A DNA stretch of 64,000 nucleotides. It comes from an uncultured Actinomycetes bacterium. Its GTDB lineage: Bacteria > Actinomycetota > Thermoleophilia > Solirubrobacterales > 70-9. The stretch covers positions 2,528,203-2,592,202 of the forward strand of contig OY969703.1 of NCBI GenBank assembly GCA_963702075.1. Reading direction: 5' to 3'. The notes beneath the pieces were generated by a model, which saw nothing but the letters and a program-made list of their open reading frames with translations, was not told the DNA's origin and ran no database searches. This document shows, piece after piece, positions 36,665-46,082 of this stretch (its first letter is position 1; every line of letters starts with the position of its first letter). Position numbers and translations under genes: made by a program.

Positions 36665-39600
36665 CTAGCGGCTCTTCTTAGAGCGCTTGCCGCCGCAGCG
36701 AGCCTTCAGCGGCGGGTTGAACACATGCCGCTTGCCGTTTTGCCCGGTAAAGCTGGCCTTCGCACGGTGGTTGCCTCGACAGATGTTGGTGCTGTTGACG
36801 AGCAGGCCCTTCTTGCCGCCCTGCATTTCGAGGACGAACTTGGTCACCGGGGCGTCGGGAACCGCTTCGAAGGAGTTGCGGATCCCTCCGTCGACCGAGT
36901 CGATCCGACCGACGAGGTCGATGTCCACCTTCGCCGAGTGCAGCGCGGCTACGAGGTCGGGTAGCGGATGATTGGACGAGCGCAGGTAGACGCGCCCGAC
37001 CAGCGGTTCGTCGAGTAGAGGAGATACCGCTCTCGCGCGGCCATAGATGGACCGCTTGGGGCACTGACTGCCGTTGCCGTTGCCAGCCGCGAACTGGACC
37101 CGGGTGCAAATCGTGCCGATGTGCCCCTGTTCCAGGAACTCGGAGTGGGGAAGTTTGACTACGGCTGCCCCGATGTTGGCGTCGCCTTTGCGGGCGGTGA
37201 GAACGGCTTTGAGCGCCGGATTGGCTCCGCGCCTGGTCCCGCCCTTGAGGGTCAGCGCCAGCTTCGGCTTGAAGCCGAGACGGGCACAGTCGGCGGCCTG
37301 GAAGGGCGAGGTGACGTCAACTGGCGAAAGGCCGGAAACAGAAGCCGAAGCGGTCATCCGTTCACAGCTGGTCGGATTGAGGACGAAGTCCTTGCGGTCG
37401 ACGTAGATCCGGATGTCCCGCGCGTGGACGACGATCCCCTGCAGGATGTGCGGGATCGGGTCTCCGCTCGAGCCGTCGGTCGAGACTTCGGCCGTGTTCG
37501 GATCGACCTTCAGCCCTTGGCGGATGACGACGTTGCCGAGGTCGAAAGGACCGACCTTGGCCGTCGTGATCGCCACGACCGACAGCTTGGTCCCTTTATA
37601 CGGGCCGGCGAGATAGACCTTGCCCGGGGCGTAGGTCAAGGTCGGCCCCACTCCGGCACCCACCAGGGTCCGCCCGATCTGCGAGGCATCCGGGCAGCTC
37701 GGGTGTTCGAGCTCTTCCTGACCGCCGTTCGGCCCCGTCCTCGTGCGGGCCGCGGCAATCGCCGCATCCGAGCAGAACGGAATGCCGGACAGATTCCCGA
37801 TCACGCCCTTCGGCAGCTTCAGGGAGAAGGTCGTGAATTCCTGTTCCCCGTCCTGTCGCGTCAGTCGCACGTCCAGCGGCGAGTATTTACCGGCAGCGTT
37901 GTTCTCCGTCCCGGCGGTGAAGCCCGGCTTGAACGGCGGCGTCCCGCTCGGGCAAGCACTCCCGTTGGGCCCATGATCGACCGTGAACGAACTCGTCCTG
38001 GTGACGATCTCGTTTGGCTGTGGGTTGTTCGGATCCGCAGCGTTCCAAGGCGTGAACTTCGCCGTGATGTCGTACTTGCCGCACGTCGCCGGCATGACCA
38101 GCGGCGCCCGATCGCCTTCTTTGAAGTGCAGGTTGAAGGTGCTGAATGGGATCTGCGGCAGGTTGTCGAAGGTGGAAACCAACTGCCCCGTAGCCGGGTT
38201 CAGCTCCACCTTGCCAGCTTGTTTGACCAGGATTCCGCGGTCGGGAATCTTCGCCACCACATAGAGGGCGAGCAACGACCCGAAGGGGTTGTCATAAGGC
38301 GCGGCCACGTAGACAGATCCGTGAGCTTCCTCTTCGAGCAGCGGCGTCGTGATGTCGACGTTCCCGATCTTCGAGGATTCAGGACAACCTTCACCGGGCG
38401 TCGAATCGAACCTCTCCCGCGCGTAATCCGTCGGCGTGCAGGCGTCCAACCCATTTGCCTGCGACGGATTCACCGTTATCCCTTCGGGCAGCGTCACTTC
38501 AACCTTCTTCGCCTGCCCTTCGGCGACCTTCGCGTTCGGGTCCAGCAGCCCAGAGTTTGGCATGTCAACGCGGAAATCAAGTCCGCTCGCCGTTCCGGCA
38601 TCTGGGTTGGTCGGAGACGCCGCGATGCTCGGATTGAAAGGCACTTGGTTGCAGCCGACCATGTTCGGCTGCGTCGAGTTCGCTTGCTGGACCACGGTTC
38701 CGAGCGGGACATTCCAGGGTTCGAGTTCGACTCGGAAGTCGAGAGGACTTGCGCAGGAGACCGGCTGGCGAAGGAAAGCGGTTTCACCGAGGCCATTCGG
38801 CCGCCCGCAGGTTCCCTGTGCCCGGAAGTACACGCAGTTCCAGCCCCTCGCGCTGTCATGACGGGAGTCCCCCGGCGAGCCCCAAAGGCTCACCGTGCTC
38901 GAGAGGAAGTTGGCGACCTGGGTCGCGTTGTTGACCAATGCGACGATGCGGTAGCCGTTGTCGGGATCAACAGCCGTATCGATGACCACCGGGGTCCCGA
39001 CTGCCATGAAGCCAAAGCGGGCCGGCTCTCCCTCGGCGGGCACAAGATTGAAAACCGGCACAGCAACGCGGAGCAGGCCGAAGGTCGCCGGTTCGATGAT
39101 GGTGACCGTAGTGACCCCGACGGCGGTGGCATCGGGACATTCGTTAGTCAGTTCTTCGGTCGTGGTGAGGAAGCTCACCATCGGGCATTTGGGAGTGGCG
39201 GTTGCGCTGCCCACAAAACCCGCCGGCAAGGAGAACCGCACGTTTCGGGGGAGCCCCGGCTGTTCGATGAAAGCGTCTCTGCGGTTGCCTCCGTTCAGGG
39301 CCGCCGTGTTGAGCTGGATGGTCGTCGTCAGCTGAAAAGGATGGGCTCCAGCCCGGGTCGTGGGAGCGCCGCCCTCTTCTTCTGATTGTGAGGAGGTCTG
39401 TTCGATGCCGAAGGGGGTGGGTTCCGGGCTGACTTTGACGACCTGGGGGACCGAGAGCGAGGGGGCATTTGCGCCTGAAACGGTGACAGTGCCCGGCGCC
39501 CCGGCGACCGGCGGTTCCCCAATCAGGTTGGCGAGGATTTCGACTTCGATCGCTTCATAGGAGGGGAGCGTCTTTTCGAAGGTGCAGGAGACTTCTACCG

Positions 39601-40339
39601 GCGATTCGACCGTGCAGTCCACTCCGCCGATCGTTCCCTGGGCACCGGCGAACGCTTCGACTCCAGCTGCTTCCACACCCTCCGGCAGGTGATCGACGAT
39701 GGTAACCGGAGTTTCCGTGGCATCAACCGGAGCATCGCCAAGGTTCGTCAGGGTCAGGACGAGCCGGCCGCTGCCACCGTTCTCCAGAATTTTGGCTTTC
39801 GCGCTCCCCAGATTTCCGAAAACTTCGTTTTCGACTGGCTTGACACTAATGACGGGCTCGGCATGCTTCGGAACCGTGATCACGAACGGGGCACCGCCGA
39901 CAGGCCCGCCCGTAACTTTGACAGCATTCGTGCCGAATGCGACTTCAAGAAGCGCCTTTAGTTGTGCCGCAGTTTCGGTAGGCGGAAAGCCGGTGTTGTT
40001 TTCGCAGAAGACTTCCCCGAAGAAGTTCGCGGTGCCGAGGCAGCCGATCAGTTTGCCCCCGACCCTGAGTTCGATCGCCGCGATCTGAGATCCGAAGAGT
40101 TCCTTGGTTCCGGTTTCGATTTCCTGGACGTTGTCGGTTGGCTCCCAGAGGTTCGTCGGCCGACTACCGGTCAGAACCTGCCACCAAGGTTGAGGCGCCG
40201 CGGAGGCTTGGGCAGGCAGCACCGCGAGGGCGCCGAAAGCGAGGATGACGAGGGTGAGCTGCCTGAGCCGTAGGAACATGGTCGAGAACTCCCTGGTTGC
40301 GGCACGATCGAGATCGGGGGTCTGCTGCACGCGCCTCAT
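36665..40339 (-). CDS. large secreted protein of unknown function: DUF11/CARDB-like N-terminal region plus four tandem copies of an unrecognised module of about 170-200 aa (Cys-x(14-25)-Cys-Pro)
   Basis: 1224 aa. The ATG at 40339 overlaps the upstream stop (ATGA); an alternative ATG is at 40279 (MFLRLRQLTLVILAFGALAVLPAQASA, a signal peptide). Coding periodicity is consistent throughout. The repeats are described in the findings. Confidence 0.8.
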   Translation of the reverse strand: MRRVQQTPDLDRAATREFSTMFLRLRQLTLVILAFGALAVLPAQASAAPQPWWQVLTGSRPTNLWEPTDNVQEIETGTKELFGSQIAAIELRVGGKLIGCLGTANFFGEVFCENNTGFPPTETAAQLKALLEVAFGTNAVKVTGGPVGGAPFVITVPKHAEPVISVKPVENEVFGNLGSAKAKILENGGSGRLVLTLTNLGDAPVDATETPVTIVDHLPEGVEAAGVEAFAGAQGTIGGVDCTVESPVEVSCTFEKTLPSYEAIEVEILANLIGEPPVAGAPGTVTVSGANAPSLSVPQVVKVSPEPTPFGIEQTSSQSEEEGGAPTTRAGAHPFQLTTTIQLNTAALNGGNRRDAFIEQPGLPRNVRFSLPAGFVGSATATPKCPMVSFLTTTEELTNECPDATAVGVTTVTIIEPATFGLLRVAVPVFNLVPAEGEPARFGFMAVGTPVVIDTAVDPDNGYRIVALVNNATQVANFLSSTVSLWGSPGDSRHDSARGWNCVYFRAQGTCGRPNGLGETAFLRQPVSCASPLDFRVELEPWNVPLGTVVQQANSTQPNMVGCNQVPFNPSIAASPTNPDAGTASGLDFRVDMPNSGLLDPNAKVAEGQAKKVEVTLPEGITVNPSQANGLDACTPTDYARERFDSTPGEGCPESSKIGNVDITTPLLEEEAHGSVYVAAPYDNPFGSLLALYVVAKIPDRGILVKQAGKVELNPATGQLVSTFDNLPQIPFSTFNLHFKEGDRAPLVMPATCGKYDITAKFTPWNAADPNNPQPNEIVTRTSSFTVDHGPNGSACPSGTPPFKPGFTAGTENNAAGKYSPLDVRLTRQDGEQEFTTFSLKLPKGVIGNLSGIPFCSDAAIAAARTRTGPNGGQEELEHPSCPDASQIGRTLVGAGVGPTLTYAPGKVYLAGPYKGTKLSVVAITTAKVGPFDLGNVVIRQGLKVDPNTAEVSTDGSSGDPIPHILQGIVVHARDIRIYVDRKDFVLNPTSCERMTASASVSGLSPVDVTSPFQAADCARLGFKPKLALTLKGGTRRGANPALKAVLTARKGDANIGAAVVKLPHSEFLEQGHIGTICTRVQFAAGNGNGSQCPKRSIYGRARAVSPLLDEPLVGRVYLRSSNHPLPDLVAALHSAKVDIDLVGRIDSVDGGIRNSFEAVPDAPVTKFVLEMQGGKKGLLVNSTNICRGNHRAKASFTGQNGKRHVFNPPLKARCGGKRSKKSR

Positions 40340-43300
40340 CGCGAGGCCTTTCGGCCGTGGCCGGCTTTCCTGTGCTGGTGCTTGTGCTTGACGCAGCGAG
40401 ACTTGCCGTGACGGCGCACCTTCCGCTCGCCCTTTCGGCAGTGAACCTTTGCCGCCCCGACATTGCCTGGCCCAGAGAAGACCGAGCTCGACGGCGTGGG
40501 GTCATTCGGCGGCGTGCCATGTGCCTGGCATGCTTCGCCGAGGCATTCGACGCGAGGAGTGAGGCTCCCGGGACTGCCGTTAACGCGGGCATCGTAGACA
40601 TCCAGCTCCGAGTCTTCATCGACAGGATTGAGCCTCGCCGGCGTCATGAAGAACACGTCGTCGCCGCTTTCGCTGGCATCGAGGAATCCGGCTTCGCTTT
40701 TCCCGGTGCCCGAGGAGAGCAGCGACACGCAGCCGCCGGCACTCCTCGCGGTAGCCGCATCGCCGGAGGCCTGGCTGCAACTGCCCAGGACCGCGGGCTC
40801 GTACTGGTAGACATCCCATCCGCCGTTCGCGTCGGCTGGCACCAGCGAATCCGCAGCGTTGAAGAAAACGCGACCATTGTCGAGCACGGCCCGGGGGGAG
40901 TAGAGCGATATCTCGCTCAAGACATCGGAGACCGTGGGCTCGGGCAGAACGGCCTCGATCTGGTCCCCTTCCCACTGGCGGCGTGGATCCACCAGCTTGA
41001 TCACCCCCGCCAGTTCTCCTTCGGGAGCGGCGCCACTCGGCTTACAGGAGATACAGGCCAATTGGTCGACGTTTGCGTCGTAGCGATAGACCCGCTGGAC
41101 TGGTTCGCCGGTTTTGGAATCAAGGTTGTCGTTGCCGGCGAGAGGGCGCTCGGAGGCGAAGGCAAAGAAGCGGCCGCTGGGCGATGCGGCGGCACTCAGG
41201 CGTGAGGCGATCCCCTGCGAAGTACCCCAGTCATGTTCGTCTTCTTTGGAGAGAGTTCCTATGTAACGTACGCCCTCGCCCTTGCGCCAGACGTAGAGGT
41301 TTGGCTTTTCGGGGGCGGCGGTTTCACCCTCTTGGTTGGGGGCAGGGTCCAGAACCCCAAGAGCAACGAAGTAGACCGTCAAACCGTCATCGCCGACGCC
41401 GGGCGCAAGGCCCTGGACTTCGGCGCTTTCTCCGGAGAGCCCGGCGGGAACACTGATGTCGACGAGGCTGCTGCAACCAGATGCGACCGAGCCAGCCGGG
41501 ATCTCACACCGATAGAGGTCGCGTCCGCTCGGGCTGGCGTCGCCCGTCAGCTGCTGGGAATCGGTGAAGAAGACCGCGGTTCCATCCGTGCTCGCCCCCT
41601 GAAAGATCGGTTCTGACGCACCCGAACCGCCTCCCCCAAGGGGTACGTCGATCCGAACCGTTTCCTCGGCCACCGTGTCGCGCAGGTAGAGCGCGGTGAA
41701 GTTGTGAGCGCTCCAAAAGATGCGCGACCCGTCGCTCGAGATCGCGTTGTCAACCGTGTGGCCGGTCGAGATTTGATGGCCTCCCGAGCCGAGGGTTTCG
41801 GTATCCGCGAGCCCACCACCTTCCGTCGAGGGCAGAACGCTAATCGGCCGCAGCCCTCCCGCGCTCCATAGGTAGAGGCTGTTGAACGGCGGCGGCGGCG
41901 CCCCCTCGACAAGCGGCACCTGAGCATTCAGGACCACGTGCGCCATATCGGGCGTTGCCCCTGCGATGTTTACGGGGCCGAGCGGGTTTCGTGGATCGCC
42001 ACCGAATTCCGTACCGCCGGGAACGTTCCCTGCGGTGATCAGCGGCGTGAAGACAGGCGGGTCCGTGCTCTGCCGGAGATACGGGGTTCTTTCAGTCGCC
42101 TGGGAAGAAAGCCCCACGGTGGTGCGCGGTTCGACCAAACCCGCAGACAGGTCGCGGCCGAAGAGCTTGTATTCGCTCAGCGAGCCAACTGGAATCTGGG
42201 TGACGCTGCCATTGGGAAGGGTGATGTCCTTGGAACTCCACCCCGTTGCGGCCCGGCGAGCAAAGACCGTCGAAGCTTCAGCCGTTCGGTTCCCCGCCGG
42301 CTCTGGTTCGATCGACCCGCGGCTGGCGTAGACGATGCTTTCCCCGTTCGCGGCAGCCTGAACATGGGCATTTTGCGAGCCCTGGAGCACCGCGCCATGC
42401 TTATTCGGAGGCGACACGATCTCCCAGGCTCGCGAGTCGCTCAGCTGAAAACCGAGCGAACTGGTCTCGGTTCTGAACGTGTGGTTGGATTCCAGGGCCA
42501 GATTGCTTCCTTCTGAGTTTTCCGCGAGAACCCGGTAGTGGTAGACCGTGTTGGGGGCGAGGCCGGTTAGAGCCTGGGACACGCGGACACCCTTGTCGCC
42601 GCTGCCAATATCCACGGCAGTGGCAGGAACTGAGGTGCAGGGGTCGAGCGAGCAGTCTTCGAGCCCATATTGGAACACGTAGGTCGTCTCGTGAGAGCCG
42701 GGATTGATTTCAGCAGTCAACGTCGCCGAGTCGCCGCTGACTTCGGTGACGGAAATATGTTCGACCCGAGGCGGTCCCTCATATTTTTCTCTGGGCTTGA
42801 AGATCTCGACCCGGGAGGGCTCGCCGGTCACCGTGTTGGCGACGAAGATAGCCGTGTTTTCACCGTCGATTCCAACTCCTTGGGCAAATTCGACTTCACC
42901 TTCCTCGCCCACTCCTGCAAAGGTCGCCAGCAGGTTTCCCGCTTCGTCATACCATGCGATCTTGGGATCGGACACCTTCTGGGCAACGTAGACGTCATTC
43001 GTTGCTGGATCGACCCCCACCGCATAGGCAGCTGTCGCATCGACAGGTTCCGAGGCGGCAGTGTACGTCGTTAGAGGCGTAACCGGATACACCGAAGGGG
43101 TGAACTTAAGGACGGGTGCTCCGGCGGCATTTCCAAGATTGAGAAACAGGTCGCCATTCATGTCGACAGCGCCGTTGGCAGGATGGGGAGTGGAAAACAC
43201 CGTGATCTGTTCACCGGTTGAGGCAAAGATCGTCACCGTTTCGGCGAGAGTGTCGATTGCGTAGATATCGCCATTCGCGTCCACGGCCACGCCCGTGAGT

Positions 43301-43767
43301 TTGGCGAAGCCAGTAAGTCGATCAGTACCGGCGTCGGAACCGGCCGTGAACTCGGCCGGTTCCCCGTCCGGTTGGAAGACACGCAGGGAATTGGCGTCGG
43401 TGACGTAGAACTCATGGGTGGTCGAGTTGACAGCCACTTGACTCTCACCCGATCCCGCAGAGAGACCTAGACCGCCGATCACGTTCCCCGAGATGTAGCC
43501 AGCGGACCCTCCAAAGTTCGCCGGTTCTCCTCCCGAGTCGAATCTCAGCAGCGAGCCGTTGCCGCGATCGAGAACGTAGACCCAGTGTTCTTGCTGATCA
43601 ACTGAAATCGATCCCGCTTCTACGAAACTGCCTGGACCTATCCCGTCAGGTCCAAAGCTGCCGCTGAATTCGGGTGATTCGGCCGCAGAAGCCGACCCCG
43701 TGACGCTGAGGACGATCAATAGGCAACCAATCAACAGTGCCCCGCCGCTAAAGAGGCGTGCTCGCAT
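40336..43767 (-). CDS. large secreted protein: NHL-type beta-propeller, FN3-like domain, TolB/PD40-like beta-propeller and a basic Cys-containing tail
   Basis: 1143 aa from the ATG at 43767, which has GGAAGGGG 7 nt upstream. The signal peptide is MRARLFSGGALLIGCLLIVLSVTGSASA. NHL-like blades include YVLDRGNGSLLRFD, FYVTDANSLRVFQPDGE and IYAIDTLAETVTIF. The FN3-like part is LTAEINPGSHETTYVFQYG...NTVYHYRVLAENSEGS. PD40-like repeats include SSDGSRIFWSA, STDGTAVFFTD and DNGRVFFNAAD...WDVYQYE. Confidence 0.8.
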   Translation of the reverse strand: MRARLFSGGALLIGCLLIVLSVTGSASAAESPEFSGSFGPDGIGPGSFVEAGSISVDQQEHWVYVLDRGNGSLLRFDSGGEPANFGGSAGYISGNVIGGLGLSAGSGESQVAVNSTTHEFYVTDANSLRVFQPDGEPAEFTAGSDAGTDRLTGFAKLTGVAVDANGDIYAIDTLAETVTIFASTGEQITVFSTPHPANGAVDMNGDLFLNLGNAAGAPVLKFTPSVYPVTPLTTYTAASEPVDATAAYAVGVDPATNDVYVAQKVSDPKIAWYDEAGNLLATFAGVGEEGEVEFAQGVGIDGENTAIFVANTVTGEPSRVEIFKPREKYEGPPRVEHISVTEVSGDSATLTAEINPGSHETTYVFQYGLEDCSLDPCTSVPATAVDIGSGDKGVRVSQALTGLAPNTVYHYRVLAENSEGSNLALESNHTFRTETSSLGFQLSDSRAWEIVSPPNKHGAVLQGSQNAHVQAAANGESIVYASRGSIEPEPAGNRTAEASTVFARRAATGWSSKDITLPNGSVTQIPVGSLSEYKLFGRDLSAGLVEPRTTVGLSSQATERTPYLRQSTDPPVFTPLITAGNVPGGTEFGGDPRNPLGPVNIAGATPDMAHVVLNAQVPLVEGAPPPPFNSLYLWSAGGLRPISVLPSTEGGGLADTETLGSGGHQISTGHTVDNAISSDGSRIFWSAHNFTALYLRDTVAEETVRIDVPLGGGGSGASEPIFQGASTDGTAVFFTDSQQLTGDASPSGRDLYRCEIPAGSVASGCSSLVDISVPAGLSGESAEVQGLAPGVGDDGLTVYFVALGVLDPAPNQEGETAAPEKPNLYVWRKGEGVRYIGTLSKEDEHDWGTSQGIASRLSAAASPSGRFFAFASERPLAGNDNLDSKTGEPVQRVYRYDANVDQLACISCKPSGAAPEGELAGVIKLVDPRRQWEGDQIEAVLPEPTVSDVLSEISLYSPRAVLDNGRVFFNAADSLVPADANGGWDVYQYEPAVLGSCSQASGDAATARSAGGCVSLLSSGTGKSEAGFLDASESGDDVFFMTPARLNPVDEDSELDVYDARVNGSPGSLTPRVECLGEACQAHGTPPNDPTPSSSVFSGPGNVGAAKVHCRKGERKVRRHGKSRCVKHKHQHRKAGHGRKASR

Positions 43768-44096
43768 GAACTGTTCCCCTTCCTTCGCCGGTGTAACCGA
43801 CCGATACGCCCCGCGACTCGCGTCCCCGAGCCGGTTCCCCCCCTTGAGGGATGAGCTGAGCTGATTCCCACTCAGAAACCTAACGACTCCGGAGCAAACG
43901 GGGAAACTTTGTAGCCCAGACAAAAGTTCTGTCCTTGGCAGCGGGCTCAAAAGTTCCTGGAATTATCACTACAGCAAATATTCGCACGTGCATCCCTGAG
44001 CCCTCGACAGCTCCTCTTTTCATGTCTCTAAATGGGGTGGGGTGGGACCTATGCGGCCCCGCCCCTTCAATCCGTACTTCCTTGCTTGATATCGGT

Positions 44097-44792
44097 CTAG
44101 CATGTGAACGTCATATTCTGAGCGAAAGTCAACGTCCTTTCGCCATCCTGGGAAGCCGTCGTAGCTGCGCCTCCGTTCTGGCTCGAGGTGAGAGCGAATT
44201 TCGTGCCGGTTGTTGTGACCTGAGTCCACTTCTGTGTGCCGGTCGCCGGCGATTCGTACTTCACCGTCGCGGTTTTCTGTACTGCGCCGCACGTGGTCGG
44301 CGCGGTCATTTCACCGATGATGCCGTTGCCGTTGATGACCTCGCTCACCAAACCTCCCCCGCAGATGAACGAGGCAAAGTGCCCGGCGTTCGGTGTGAGC
44401 AAGATGCCGCGGACCTCGGGTGGCCCTTTCTCGAGGATGACGTTGTGCCCGATCAGATCTGTCGTTTTGATCGAGCCAGAGGCCTGGCCGGTGGACGTGC
44501 ATTTGCTGCCGAAGAGGTTCTCCGTGCAGTTGCTGAACGTCAGTGTGACTTCTGACGATGTCGTGGCCGTGGTTTGCTGGCCGGCGCCGGCGACAGAGGT
44601 ACAGGTCATTTTCAGGCTCGAACCGTCGGCTGTTACGGGGACCGTGTTCCCGATACTGGCCAGATTGAACGCAACCGGGAAGCTACCGTTCGCCGGATCG
44701 AGGCTCCATTCTCCGGCCGTAGCCAGGGCCGGCAGGACGAACATCGCTGCGCTGATCGCTGAGAGGGCGAGCAGGAGGATCTTCTTGCTCAT
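44097..44792 (-). CDS. secreted six-Cys protein, GEW family, tandem copy 1
   Basis: 231 aa. The signal peptide is MSKKILLLALSAISAAMFVLPALATA, followed by GEWSLDP. It has six Cys and ends ...MTFTC. It is about 90% identical to copy 2. Confidence 0.8.
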   Translation of the reverse strand: MSKKILLLALSAISAAMFVLPALATAGEWSLDPANGSFPVAFNLASIGNTVPVTADGSSLKMTCTSVAGAGQQTTATTSSEVTLTFSNCTENLFGSKCTSTGQASGSIKTTDLIGHNVILEKGPPEVRGILLTPNAGHFASFICGGGLVSEVINGNGIIGEMTAPTTCGAVQKTATVKYESPATGTQKWTQVTTTGTKFALTSSQNGGAATTASQDGERTLTFAQNMTFTC

Positions 44793-45069
44793 GTTTGCCT
44801 TTCACGTCTGGTCTCGGCAGGAGATCTGCGATCTGTTTGCCGGACTATTGTGTGCGGGTCGGCCGCTCTTTCGTCTGCCAACCCACCTTTCCCCCACATC
44901 TCTAGCCGCACACGGCTAAGAGCACAAAGATATCTGAGTTTTTTAGCGCAGTCACGTGATCACCTAGCGGAATGTCCCCGCACTCCCCAGAACAACGGGA
45001 CATCACCCTCGCAAAGGCACGCCTAATTGAGTTCTGCATGAACCTGACTCCTATTGGTGAGCGGAACCA

Positions 45070-45100
45070 CAAAAAGGCCGGGGGACAACTGGCCCCCGGC
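45070..45100 (-). terminator. rho-independent terminator after GEW copy 2
   Basis: The minus-strand RNA reads GCCGGGGG-CCAGUUGU-CCCCCGGC followed by CUUUUUG. It lies 30 nt downstream of the stop at 45130. Confidence 0.7.
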
Positions 45101-45129
45101 TCATTATTCAGTGCTAGATCGTCAACTTC

Positions 45130-45822
45130 CTAGCATGTAAACGTCATGTTTTCGGCGAACGTCACAGTCCCTTCGCCGTCCTGGGAAGCCGTCGTAGCTG
45201 CGCCTCCGTTCTGGCTCGAGGTGAGAGCGAATTTCGTGCCGGTTGTTGTGACCTGAGTCCACTTCTGTGTGCCGGTCGCCGGCGATTCGTACTTCACCGT
45301 CGCGGTTTTCTGTACTGCGCCGCACGTGGTCGGCGCGGTCATTTCACCGATGATGCCGTTGCCGTTGACGACAACGGCAACGAGTCCCCCGCCGCAGGAG
45401 AACGAAGCAAAGTGCCCGGCGTTCGGTGTGAGCAAGATGCCGCGGACCTCGGGCGGCCCTTTCTCGAGGATGACGTTGTGCCCGATCAGATCTGTCGTTT
45501 TGATCGAGCCAGAGGCCTGGCCGGTGGACGTGCATTTGCTGCCGAAGAGGTTCTCCGTGCAGCCGCTGAACGTCAGTGTGACGTTGCTCGATGTCGTGGC
45601 CGAGGTCTGTGAGCCGTTACCGGCGGCACTGGTGCAGGTCACTTTCAGGCTCGAACCGTCGGTTGTCAGGGTCGTGTTCCCGATACTGGCCAGATTGAAC
45701 GCAACCGGGAAGCTACCGCTCGCCGGATCGAGGCTCCATTCCCCGGCCGACGCAACCGCCGGCAGGGCGAACATCGCTGCGCTGATCGCCGAGAGGGCGA
45801 GCAGGATGATCTTCTTGCTCAT
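45130..45822 (-). CDS. secreted six-Cys protein, GEW family, tandem copy 2
   Basis: 230 aa. The signal peptide is MSKKIILLALSAISAAMFALPAVASA, followed by GEWSLDP. The Cys scaffold matches copy 1. Confidence 0.8.
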   Translation of the reverse strand: MSKKIILLALSAISAAMFALPAVASAGEWSLDPASGSFPVAFNLASIGNTTLTTDGSSLKVTCTSAAGNGSQTSATTSSNVTLTFSGCTENLFGSKCTSTGQASGSIKTTDLIGHNVILEKGPPEVRGILLTPNAGHFASFSCGGGLVAVVVNGNGIIGEMTAPTTCGAVQKTATVKYESPATGTQKWTQVTTTGTKFALTSSQNGGAATTASQDGEGTVTFAENMTFTC

Positions 45823-46082
45823 GCTTTACCTTTCGATTCAGGTCTCGGCAGGATGGTCTGGAACCTGTTCTTGCCGGACCAGTTGTGCGGGGTCGGCGGA
45901 CGCTTCCGTCGACCCGCTCTTTCCTCTACATCCCTAGCCGAGACGCAACTAATGGATCAAGGCATCCTGTTCATTCAGGGATATCCGTTGGTTCGGGCCT
46001 ACGCACTACCCCTGCAAATAGGCCAAAACCAATCTTTAGCTTTCGCAGAACTGTGCCCTCAAGTTAGGTCGGCGCTGGCGGA

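Noticed and set aside
44097-45822. Diversity-generating retroelement (template/variable repeat) as the explanation for the patchy divergence between the GEW paralogs
   Set aside because: There is no reverse transcriptase gene nearby. Mismatches in the 38-nt patch involve all four bases rather than adenine-specific substitutions. Both copies are full-length genes with their own signal peptides.
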